A DNA stretch of 20,000 nt from positions 119,796-139,795 of the forward strand of contig KZ538056.1 in assembly GCA_000934665.2 (NCBI GenBank), written 5' to 3'. Shown one piece after another: positions 10,297 to 19,619 of the stretch. The position numbers and the translations under genes are program-made. This DNA comes from Catajapyx aquilonaris. Lineage: Eukaryota. Below the pieces are notes generated by a model, which saw only the letters and a program-made list of their open reading frames with translations, did not search any database and was not told the origin of the DNA. Every line of letters starts with the position of its first letter. Position 1 is the first letter of the stretch.

Positions 10297-10989
10297 CCCC
10301 GTCAACATTCATCCCCAAAATAACAAAATAGGCCTGTTTTAGCTTGTGTTTCTCCCAATATGCATGGATGGAAGCTGACTTCTTAATTTGGCAAAACCAC
10401 GCTTCTTTGTAGTGCCCAGAAACACAACTGACCAGAGGGTTCAGGACAGGATTAACCAGTGATTTCCAACCTTTTACCAACTACGACCCCCTAAACATGT
10501 TTCCATAAATGTGCACCCCCCCCCCTCCCCACCCTACAACTGCTCCTTTTCCAGAAAACATACAATCTGTGTGGCTGCAAAAATTGTTTAATTGGCACAG
10601 AAATTGCATGAAAAAACAACGTTGAACCAAGGCTCGTGACTCCCCTGGGGGTCAAGACCCACCGGTTGGAAACCATTGGGATTAACTGTATTCTTGTTGG
10701 AAGATAAAGCACCAATGACTGTCAATGTGGTGGGTCAAGATTGCAGAAAATTATACACTTGATGGATAACTGGCTCCTGAATACCCACATGCACCAGGAG
10801 CCCTAATCTCATGAATATGATATTAGAATGTGGCAAGGGACAAGGTCTCTCAAATGCATCAGTTGTGTTTCTCGGCATGACAAAGCATTGCATCTCTGCC
10901 AAATGAAGGAGTTATTTCCTATCTACGCAGTTTGGAAGGAACATCAGCTTAACCTATTTTACCATTTGTTCCACATGAGAGTGACAGGG
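10297..10989. mobile_element. Old TA-flanked element with long (~135 bp) diverged inverted arms
   Basis: Ends TA|CCCCGTCA and TGACAGGG|TA. Arms 10297-10431 and 10859-10989 align in inverted orientation at roughly 65-70% by eye (shared tcagttgtgtttct-ggca, tgccaaat-aag-agt, cctatttt). Confidence 0.65.
10457..10678. mobile_element. hAT (Charlie-like) MITE, 222 bp
   Basis: TIRs CAGTGATTTCCAACC / GGTTGGAAACCATTG (13/15). Perfect 8-bp target-site duplication GGATTAAC at 10449-10456 and 10679-10686. Subterminal gacccc / ggggtc. Confidence 0.9.
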
Positions 10990-11366
10990 TACAGTATTCA
11001 AAAAAATGATAATTCTGGTCAGGCTCCTGCTCCTCTTCTTGTGGCAGTTGGCAGCAAGGAGTTTGTGTTGTGACATAACATCCTTTGGTGGAAGGAGTGC
11101 TGTAACTGCATGCAGAAGGGCATCACCAAGGTCCTCACTCATACTAGCCACTGTGCTGTGCATATGAGACCAGTCCATAAACCATTACAAGTTGAGTATG
11201 CCAACAATCTAATCAAAGGCTACCAAGCCTTGGACACCTTGAAACCATCTAGTATGATGATCGGCCCCCTAATGGCCTGCGCTTGTGATTCCCCATCGGA
11301 ATCCGGCCAGCACACCGACTTTGTACAGTACAGAAGAAGCCCCTCTAAAGAGCGAGAGTCATTCAC

Positions 11367-11419
11367 CCTGCATTGTTGGCCTGCTTCTTTTGGATGATCT
11401 CGTCCAGGCTGAGCTCCAT
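11367..11419 (-). CDS. POLDIP3: POLDIP3 first coding exon (MELSLDEIIQKKQANNA)
   Basis: ATG in good Kozak context (ggaATGG). The SLDEII motif matches the UAP56-binding motif at the POLDIP3/ALYREF N-terminus. Donor GG|gtgaat is phase 2 and matches the 7707 acceptor. Total CDS is 1290 nt, 429 aa plus stop. Confidence 0.88.
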
Positions 11420-12198
11420 TCCGGCCTGAGGGAGAGGGACAGGCTCCGATGCGATGAGCGGGGCCGGTCGCCGTGAAGGGGCGGGGGCGGGACTGGGGGC
11501 CGGTGCCTGACGGGCGCTGGCAGGGCGTCAAAGGAACGGCAGCCCTCCAACGACGGGGCAACGCACAAGTGAAGAAACGCTGCCTGCCCTGGCCTGCCTA
11601 CTGCCGGCGGGTCACCCTCTAGTTGGACTCACCCGCCGCCTGGCGTCTCTGCACCCAAGGGACGCTGCCTCCTCCGCCTGACAGGTGGCGGGCCAGTCTC
11701 ATTCGGCGCCACGTTTGAACTGGGGGCAATGAAGTTGATGCGCTGCCTGCAAGGCTGCCTGTCTTCCCACACCCGTTGACAGTTATAAATGTGCCCAGTT
11801 GCCGCTTCATTTTAATCCCGTCGTTTGGGTTCAACCGGTTCGAGGATGAGAGGTGAATATACATTTGGGCAAAGTCGGGTGGTCCCCGTCCCGTGTCCCC
11901 CTCTGGCAGGCAGGTTGGTAGGCTGTCCAACACAGGAGGTGGTGGAGGCCGGAGGGGGGAGTCGCTGGTTGGTTGGTCGGTGGGAAGGAGGCTGCGCCGA
12001 AGTGCGTGTGTACTGCAGCAGCCTCTGCCTGCCTGGCTGTCGGTGGGTGGCCCATCTATCGGGGGCAGGGAGGGAGGAGCTGCTCGGTCGGACTGAAGGA
12101 AGGGAGGGGCCCAACCACCCAGGGGCCACCGCTGGACGGGACAGAAGGAGGGCTGGGGAGCCGAGCTGGCCCCCGCCTGACAACAGTGAAGGAGGAGG
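11420..12198. promoter_or_regulatory. GC/CpG-rich bidirectional promoter and 5'UTR region between POLDIP3 (-) and the BTB gene (+)
   Basis: Abrupt GC- and CpG-rich island between two divergent ATGs 780 bp apart. Tandem GC boxes GGGGCGGGGGCGGG at about 11478-11491 and TATAAA at 11784-11789. Probable POLDIP3 5'UTR intron from 11632 (gtgagt) to 11426 (ctccctcag). Confidence 0.75.
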
Positions 12199-12228
12199 AT
12201 GGCCGCCGACTTCATCGGAACCTGGAAG
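12199..12228 (+). CDS. First coding exon (MAADFIGTWK) of the lipocalin-like/BTB-domain protein
   Basis: Strong Kozak context aggATGG at the edge of the CpG island. Phase-0 donor AAG|gtcagt joins in frame to 15736 giving MAADFIGTWKIVECVS, a lipocalin/FABP-like GxW first strand. Confidence 0.75.
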
Positions 12229-14446
12229 GTCAGTACGTGTGACAGTCAGACATGTATGTTGTTGTTGTGACAGCAGACAGCCAGCCCTTGCTGATGTAGA
12301 CGTCTGTGTTCATAAGCGTATGTGCCACATAGCCCACGAGCGACTAGGAGGGGCCACGTTTCGGCAGGTGTTCGGCCGCGGGAATATTGCAACTCGTCTT
12401 CCACCAGATTACATGTTTCACTGCTGCATTGGTGTGTCATGCCCACTATCTGTTCGAGGATCACCTCATACATTGGCATCAATTTATGTTTGTTTGATTA
12501 GGAAGGAGCCAAAGCAACTTGGGTGGGACAGATGGAGGCAGAAACAAAGAGAAAATAGAGGCTTCAATTCACTCATTAGTACAAAACAAATTCACTTTGC
12601 TGTAGGGAATAATGGTAGATAATTATTATCGGTTTCACGTTGCATCAGTGTGGAATTACCGGACACTGCCCAGAGGTAATAAGGAAAGTGAACAACTGCG
12701 ACTTGGGGAGGTAAAGCTAGGGTGTGCACAGACATCATTATGCCAATTCTTGGCTTGAAGGACAAAGACCAGTCCAGCACCCTTTGCCCAGATGTCATGA
12801 TGGATGCTGCCTATCCTGATTGGTGGATTGAAAGCGTGACAACCCAAATACATAAGCAATGACACTTCTGTGGGTCCATCATAGCTGGCAGCAACATTTC
12901 CTGATTGAAGGGGTTGTCTGAGAAAGTAGTATGTTGTTGATAACATTGCTATGTTTTGTATGCTCTCTCAGTATGCCGATCCTACCTACATTTTATTATT
13001 GCACTTTTGGATCCATGGAGCATACCAAATGAAATGAGACTGAACTGCAATGCCATCTTAATGCTACCTGCTTCCCAAACACCAGGCAATGAGACACTTG
13101 TGAATGTGCAGAGTTCTTGTGCTGCACATTTTACACAAGGTACCTTGGAAATTTTCACAGCAACACATGACAACTCCATCCTTAAGTGAGTATCTTCTCA
13201 TGCTCGAAGAAGTCACATCTGGGTTGGGGTAGTGGGTGGCATGGGTGGCAGTAGGTCAGCTTGTACACATTGTGCCTTTTCCCAGGGAGCTTTTATACAT
13301 GACATGTGAATGCCTTCACATAGGCCTATTATTCCTGACAGAAAATTTGAATCTGGAAATATCAATAACTTGTAGTTGAATATAAAAATTTTCCTAGCTC
13401 TTTTACAAGTGACAATAAATAATGTAGCATATTGAATTGAAACGTCCTTAGTGATTCTTGGGCACTAAGCTGCTTATATTTAATCTGTTGCTTTGGGGCA
13501 GTTACTGTTAGGGATTATCAATATATTACTCAGTAACTGATTGGCATACTGTTCCACAATTCTGAGAAGAGTATACAGCAAGAAATTTTAAAATACTTGT
13601 ACCGGTAACAAATTATCAAAAGTGAAACACACCAGAGCAGGACATCACAATTACACTAACTGCAAGGGAGTATGGAATATTGGTGTCATATATGCACCAT
13701 CAATGATCTGAGGAGTACACTTGTTTTCCAAAGCAACTCACCATAAACTTGGCACATGTGCAGATGCTTGTTGTGCACATTGGCAAAAAAGCGTTAATTG
13801 CCTTTCAAAAGCACTGTGTGAATCCTAAGGGTCATTGCTGCCAGGGAGGGAGCACGTGGGAAGACCATGTCGTCCTGGAGGCTGAAAATTGCAAACTATG
13901 TGGCCAATTAGTGGGGAAGTGATTGGTTGGCATGTTGCTTTTTAGACAGCATTTCCAGGTGTAGACTTGTTTACTGCACATTGCACTTTCTGAGTGGAAA
14001 CTCCCATTGTTGGTATAGAAACAAAACCCAGAGGAGATGCAAACATGTGTGGCATTTGGTTATATTTCTATTGTTTTCTGGACCAAGAAACATTTCCAAC
14101 ATTGTATTTGCAGCAGTTGACCAGTTCAAGTTTCTGATCACTCGATCCATAAGTGATTGACTCTATGTCTATACCTTCGGGTTGCAAAATTGTTGTGGTT
14201 ATACTGCTGCATCTTTTGCATGAAGTCCACATAATTTAAATAACAAATTTGTGACATTTAATTTATTACAAATTTGTATCTTTAATTACAATGCAGTTGA
14301 AGGTACAGGTAGCACAGCCATGTTTCATGTAGAATATGCCTCTAAGAACACTCTAAATTGAAAGTAATAAAATGTCCATTAATGATGTTGCAGTGAATTG
14401 GAGGATTAGATAATTGTCATAATTGTAGTGTTTTAAAGTCAGTTAG

Positions 14447-14615
14447 CCCAGTTATACCTGGAAAAGTATTTGTTGAATTTTCGATTTTTTTTTGTTTCTA
14501 TTAGTTCCCAAAACAAAAATCGAGATAAAACATTTTTCTGAATGCTTGTTTGCGAGAAAATGGCCGTTCCCTATAATGATGGGATGCTAGGAAAACGTAA
14601 CCTAGTGTGGCTATA
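14447..14615 (+). repeat. Dispersed repeat (CCCAG-start, probable DNA transposon end), copy 1
   Basis: Aligns in direct orientation with 19620-19789 (ttagttcccaaaaca, cttgtttgcgagaaaatggccgttcc, gtaacctagt-tggctata). May extend further 3'. Confidence 0.8.
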
Positions 14616-15000
14616 ACAGTTGTTGATTACATTACCATGGCAACAGTAACATTCAGCAACATCCATAGTTTCATAATATCACCAATGATTGATTGTTGTC
14701 GATTGCATTGCCACGGAAACAGGCCGTGCAAAGAAGGGGTTGTGATTGAGTAACAATCAACATGTTAACCAATTGCCATGTAATCTCGTTTTAATTGTAT
14801 GGATTCGTTAAAATACTGTTCAACAATGCATACAAAATCCACACACATACTTTCCTTGTCCAAATGTGGGTGCATTTGCCTCTTGTGTTCCCCCAAGGGG
14901 ACACCAGATTTCAACACTACTCTCAGACAAGGAAAGTAAAAAATATGCCTACATTTCCCTGTCGACATCATCATTCATAAGTTTTCTAGGTATTACAAAC

Positions 15001-15054
<54 letters not shown>
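15001..15054 (+). repeat. (AAT)18 microsatellite, the 3' tail of the adjacent SINE
   Basis: 18 uninterrupted AAT units. Confidence 0.95.
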
Positions 15055-15375
15055 TGTTGGGTTAGTGCTCACCCAGAGGGTATTTGCACGGACCTTTATT
15101 TTTTTAATCGAAGTATACATGGTGCCATATTCGAAGCGCCCGGGCCCACGGGCAGGATGACAGGAGGGGATGTGCAAGTGCAGTGCAGTAACGGTGCTTG
15201 GTCGTTCTGTGAACTCCCCCGGGTGGTTTAGTCTGTGGATATACCACCCGAGACGAAGCCAGAGACGACCCCAGAACTCTGCACGAGATGAAGGGGGTGT
15301 CCCCGGGCTGGGATCGAACCCGGGACCTTAACATCCGTGGGCGCGCACGTTACCGCGGCGCCACTCCGTCTCCCT
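15006..15375 (-). mobile_element. Full-length tRNA-derived SINE with (TTA)n tail
   Basis: A box TGGCGCCGCGG (15363-15353) and B box GGTTCGATCCC (15320-15310). Perfect 17-bp TSD GGTATTACAAACAATAA at 14989-15005 and 15376-15392. Confidence 0.92.
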
Positions 15376-15735
15376 GGTATTACAAACAATAAATAACTCA
15401 TAACATTAATCAATATTCGAGAATTAATTACTAATCATATTCGGAACATGAAGGTGCAGCCATTATTTCCTGAGTTAAAATTCAAACACCTGTATCTTAA
15501 AAAGCTGAAGCAATATTTGAGCATGTTTGAACTTACATCGTTAGCTGGGGCTCTCCTGAAGCCCCCGTGACTACTGCCAGCTCTTTAGCAGCAGAAGAAC
15601 CAGCGCAAAATAATTAAAATATAACAACTGTGCAGGTATCCCCTACAGGGGACACGCGGCATATCTGGGTTAAAATGATGTCTTGAGCAAATGATCTGAT
15701 ATTGTAGTAAAGCACTACCCCCATTTTTCCAACAG

Positions 15736-16140
15736 ATCGTGGAATGTGTGAGCCTCTCAGGAGCTCCTGAAGCAACAGGGAGCATTGAGGGGACTGAGTT
15801 TCGCTTAGATGAGAGTGGAGATGTGATATGGAAGGTGGCAGAAGGGGCTGAGAACATTCCCCTGTTCACCTGTGAGACATATGAGGTCTATTCCTCCTCC
15901 AGCACTGGAGTTCTCACTGTGAGATTTGGAGCATATGATGGGCACGTGATTGAATTTAGGGCAGAGCGGCCCCAAAGCACCAGAGAACCTGTCCTCTTAA
16001 CCTATGACGGGTGGTGCATGCTGCAGTGCCAGAGGGTTTCCACTTCAGAGCCAGTGCAGGACTTCCCCTACTCTCTGTTGCCCGCCCTGCATTCAGCTTT
16101 CTTCGCAGATCTTGTTCTTCAAGCCAGCAATGGTGTGCAG
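15736..16140 (+). CDS. Exon 2 of the lipocalin-like/BTB protein (beta-rich domain and start of BTB)
   Basis: Acceptor tttttccaacag|ATC and donor CAG|gtaagt; 405 nt, phase 0/0. Ends in FFADLVLQASNGVQ, like the BTB start 'SDV.L...G..F'. Confidence 0.88.
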
Positions 16141-16241
16141 GTAAGTAACATGATTTAGGCCACGGGGTTATTTTAGGGCAAAACAGGCATTATTTACTGT
16201 GTATGTTGCAAACAAGTCCAAATATGAGGGTCTGGAAAGTA

Positions 16242-16641
16242 GGGGAGACCGGGGCACGATGGCCCAGTCAAATATTTGAAGATGCTATTAGGTGCTCCAC
16301 ATTACATCCTATTTTCAATTCAACCACAAAAATCTCTCGGCAGCAGTACCGATTGTTTCGATTTTTGACCATTTGAGTACCAGTTTTCATTAGTTTTTCT
16401 TTTTTCTTCCAATGGAAGTGCTAGATCACCTAGCCCAATCATGCGTTTTCAAGGCAGAATATCTGCCTACAAAATGACAGTATTAATGGCCATGTAATAT
16501 TTGTCACTCAAGAGTAGGAGGACTAGAAAGGTTTTTAAAATGCCTACGGAGCATAATGGCACATCTTGTTAGGGGCACATTGGCACATGTCCCTACCAAC
16601 CTATGCTAGGCGGACCATGGCAACCTCTACTGCCTCTCCCC
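16242..16641. mobile_element. Degenerate TA-site MITE with GGGGAGACCGGGG start
   Basis: TA|GGGGAGAC at the start and CTCTCCCC at the putative end. Three internal copies of GGrGCAynwTGGCmCA at about 16251, 16548 and 16572. Confidence 0.4.
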
Positions 16642-16745
16642 TGTCACTTATTAGGCCAGGCCTCATGCACTCTTCCCAGTTGTGGCTATTTGCTCCTTAG
16701 CTGGAGGGCACGCTATGTTATCCTCCAGGCAAAAAGTTCTGAATA

Positions 16746-16922
16746 CAGTAAAACTTCTCTAAGTCGAAGTTCTCTATAAGTCGAAGAAAATGATGAGCTT
16801 GGTTGGTCACCATGTAAAATAATAGGAAATAAACTTCCCTAACTCGAATTTCTATAACTCGAAGTGCTGGCGGGGCCTTACAATGGGATATCAATGCATT
16901 TTCAGTCTCCCTAAGTCCAAGT
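16746..16922 (+). mobile_element. pogo/Tigger-like transposon left end
   Basis: TA|CAGTAAAACTTCTCTAAGTCGAA with five TAAsTCsAA motifs (about 16760, 16777, 16840, 16855, 16912). No right end found. Confidence 0.6.
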
Positions 16923-17164
16923 TCATGTTGGCCAGTACGGAAAATTGTCTCATTTCCCAGCGGAAGGGTCGAGAGTAGGCCACATGTACAGAAAGGCTCA
17001 ATTTCCTGATCTCCGTCTACCAGACGTACCGAAAGAAGTGTTTAACTCGCTTGTGACAATTGAATCCTTGAATCTAAGAGTAGGCAAATGTCCATAACGG
17101 AGATTTTTTCACAACAAAACAATGAGGAACATTGTAAGTGTGATAGTGACAGTTATTTTCAAGT

Positions 17165-17515
17165 TTGCAAATATTGTCAACTGTGATTGTTGAGAAATAA
17201 ACAACGATTTCACCTTGTATCTGTGGCCAGTCGACACCTCAATTGCCAGACTGAAATCGTTGTTCATTTCTCAACAATCACAGTTGACAATATTCGCAAC
17301 AATAATCAGTGCCAATGGCAACAGCCACAACAACATGTATGATGACGCAATGGGGGCCTCAAGGCGGATGTGACGTCATGAAACTCCCGAAATCTTAAAG
17401 GCGTCGTACGCAAAAACTATGCAAGTTATCCCAAAACTACTTCGACATCCCTATATTAGTTTTGCAAGTCCTATCAGGCTACGTGGCCACTTTCCGCGAG
17501 TTTTTGAGCACCCTG
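17165..17515 (-). mobile_element. Tc1/mariner-type fold-back MITE, copy B (one complete arm, centre, and stub of the other arm)
   Basis: Ends CACCCTG|TA at 17515. 17244-17515 is the inverted copy of 4414-4684. 17165-17212 pairs with 17252-17299 (48 bp, 2 mismatches). Confidence 0.85.
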
Positions 17516-17722
17516 TATAAGTATTTTACCATACATTTCTCCAATGTCACTGTTCTATGTTGCATAAGGTTAACATTGATAAATGAATTTTATTTGGGTG
17601 TGTTCATGCACAACGGTATTGCTGCAAATACTCTATATATTGTGCTGCAAATGATATCATTATGTGTGTAGGCAAGTCAATTTAAAGCAATGCAGTGTGA
17701 CTAAATTTAACATTGTTTTTAG

Positions 17723-18634
17723 ATCCAGGTCCACAGCACAGTTCTTTCCCTGGCTGCCCCAGGAGTGGAATGGAGTGCAAGAAACCCACCTCAGTTGCCT
17801 CTGGGAAGCCTTCCGGAGGATGTCCTTCGCACCTTGCTGCACTTCCTATATGCAGAATGCCTCCCACCAGAACTCACTGAGCAAACTGCCAAACGCTGTG
17901 TCTCCTCTGCTAAGATCCTTCCAGCAGGGCCTGGTTTTCAGCGCTTTGTATCAATGTGCCAGCTCTTCCTTAATAACACTGCTCTCAAGCACCAGATTGT
18001 GTCCCTGGTGTCTGACATACATACATGCTGCCAGCATATAGTTGAGCATTTCAGTGGGAAGACTTCAAGCACATCAGATATGCAAATGCCATCACACATT
18101 CCACCTGCTCCACCACCACCAACACAAGCAATGGACCTGGCATATGACCCACAAAGATTGTGTTATGCTGTGAAGCAGTCACTGAGAGAGGCAGCCATTG
18201 CCTTTACAAAGCTGCTGCTTTTGTGTGATTTATTTGGGAAGCGAAAGGGAGAGCTATCACGCGAGGAGAGGCATGAGATAGTTCGATACGCACGTTCAAG
18301 GTTGCCTGTGTTTGTAGGGCAGTTGGTTCGCTTTTTGAGAGGCCTGCAGTCCACACTAGGGTCAATGGCTCCACAGCAGAGGCACAAAGTGGCAGCTCAC
18401 TTGGTCCCTGAGATTGAGATTGCATTTGATTACCTGTCTGGACTTACTGAAGAGGCCAAGACAGTTCTGGAGCACATTATTTCTGCATCTGCTGCAGAAA
18501 GGCATCAGCAACAACAGCAGCAGCAACAACAACAGCATCAGCAGCAGCAGCAGCAGCAATCAGCAAGTGGGGGAGGTGCCAAGGCCAGGAAAGGAGGGCG
18601 AGTTGGTGAGGTGCTTGGAAGATCACTAAGGAAT
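17723..18634 (+). CDS. Exon 3 of the lipocalin-like/BTB protein (rest of BTB, helical region, polyQ)
   Basis: Acceptor tttttag|ATC and donor AAT|gtaagt; 912 nt open. IQVHSTVLS and LPEDVLRTLLHFLYAECL match the BTB motifs 'F.vHr.vL' and 'f..lL.flYt'. Confidence 0.9.
18503..18559 (+). repeat. Coding CAG/CAA repeat (HQ10HQ7 polyglutamine tract)
   Basis: Mixed cag/caa triplets in frame within exon 3. Confidence 0.9.
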
Positions 18635-18981
18635 GTAAGTGGTAAATTCAAAATCAATTTTCAGTCTTTTTATAGAAATTCCTAGAATGGAGAATAATCG
18701 TGCTAGACCAGTCTCTGATTAATTTATTGTTAAAGGAATAATTGCTTTCCACCATGAGTGTTACAGTTTTCACCTCTTGTTCACTCGATCTATGCCATAA
18801 CAAAAATAATTTTCCTCAGATGAAAAAACAAGGGAAAATCACTACCTGCAAGGAAAAGATTGCATAAAAGATGTTTAGATACACCAAATGAAGTGTTATG
18901 ATCCCATCATAAGGAAATATTAAACTAATGTGCAAGTGACTGAAGTATCAATTACTGTCAAAAGTTATTGTTCTATTTTAG

Positions 18982-19064
18982 GTGCTCCATGTGAGAGAGC
19001 TGACCAAGCTGCGCAACCTGAATGAGAAGATGACAATGAGCTTCATGTTCCTCATGCAAAAGAG
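18982..19064 (+). CDS. Exon 4 of the lipocalin-like/BTB protein
   Basis: Acceptor ctattttag|GTG and phase-2 donor AG|gtcagt. Reads VLHVRELTKLRNLNEKMTMSFMFLMQK(R). Confidence 0.85.
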
Positions 19065-19123
19065 GTCAGTATAAAAGAATCTTGTTTCGTTGCCAGCAAA
19101 TGATTTTACCTCCCTCTCCTTAG

Positions 19124-19304
19124 GGAAAGCTTCAAGGAGATGACGTCTGCCAACAAAATTCGTGCAGTAGCCCGCAACCTTGAGGTCCTCATGGAGGAGC
19201 TGCCAGTCTTCCTGATGAGACTTGATGAAGTAGCTCTCTCTTTGGATGACAAATTTCAGTGGAAGGAATTTAAGTTCTGCTTTAAAGTGGGAACTTCCAA
19301 AGTG
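19124..19304 (+). CDS. Exon 5 of the lipocalin-like/BTB protein; gene continues beyond the window
   Basis: Follows a 59-nt intron. Acceptor ctctccttag|G and donor GTG|gtacgt. Reads ESFKEMTSANKIRAVARNLEVLMEELPVFLMRLDEVALSLDDKFQWKEFKFCFKVGTSKV with no stop. Confidence 0.85.
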
Positions 19305-19356
19305 GTACGTTTATAAGAAGTTAAATTAACTAATACTACATATTTCAACGTTACAC

Positions 19357-19610
19357 CGAAGCAGTAGTGGTGGAGTGGATATGGTGTCCGACTGCTAATC
19401 GGGAGGTCCTGGGTTCGAATCCCGGAGGCCGGCAATCCTGACCTTGGTTTTCTGTGGTTTCCCAAGGTCACCACAGGAAAAATTTCCGGGATCGTACCGT
19501 AAAATAGGCCACAGCCACTTCCTTCCTTTCCCTGCCCTGGAGGAGGTGCGGGTCAGTGGGGAGTTTCTGACTCGCATCTACGGGGCCATCTTGGCGAACG
19601 GGCCCCCTGA
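19357..19610 (+). mobile_element. tRNA-derived SINE of a second family
   Basis: A box TGGTGGAGTGG (19368-19378) and B box GGTTCGAATCC (19412-19422). The body GGTTTTCTGTGGTTTCCC...CAGGAAAAATTTCCGGGATCGTACC...AGGCCACAGCCACTTCCTTCC resembles from recall the conserved central domain of arthropod SINEs such as locust Lm1. The 3' boundary is approximate. Confidence 0.8.
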
Positions 19611-19619
19611 GGGACTGCA

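Noticed and set aside
10250..11073. Two short ORFs with similar peptides suggesting duplicated genes
   Set aside because: The similarity comes from the inverted arms of a non-coding transposon remnant.
12191..12198. GGAGGAGG before the 12199 ATG, resembling a Shine-Dalgarno site
   Set aside because: The context is eukaryotic and spliced, and the motif abuts the ATG. It is better read as Kozak context.
11619..12622. Long ORFs 11619-12215 (-, 198 aa) and 11825-12622 (+, 265 aa)
   Set aside because: They lie in the GC-rich promoter where stops are rare, have low-complexity G/P/R/A composition and no recognisable domain. The region is explained by two short first exons.
14866..15231. Poly-Asn ORF (and poly-Ile ORF on the other strand)
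   Set aside because: Translation of the (AAT)18 SINE tail and SINE body.
15300..15375. Possible tRNA gene on - (likewise 19357-19432 on +)
   Set aside because: A and B boxes are present, but each is followed by a SINE body, and the first has a tail and TSD. I could not build a convincing cloverleaf with a paired acceptor stem.
16746..16922. Spaced short repeats as a possible CRISPR-like array
   Set aside because: The repeats are only about 9-10 bp, irregularly spaced, and follow a TA|CAGT transposon end. There are no cas genes and the DNA is eukaryotic.
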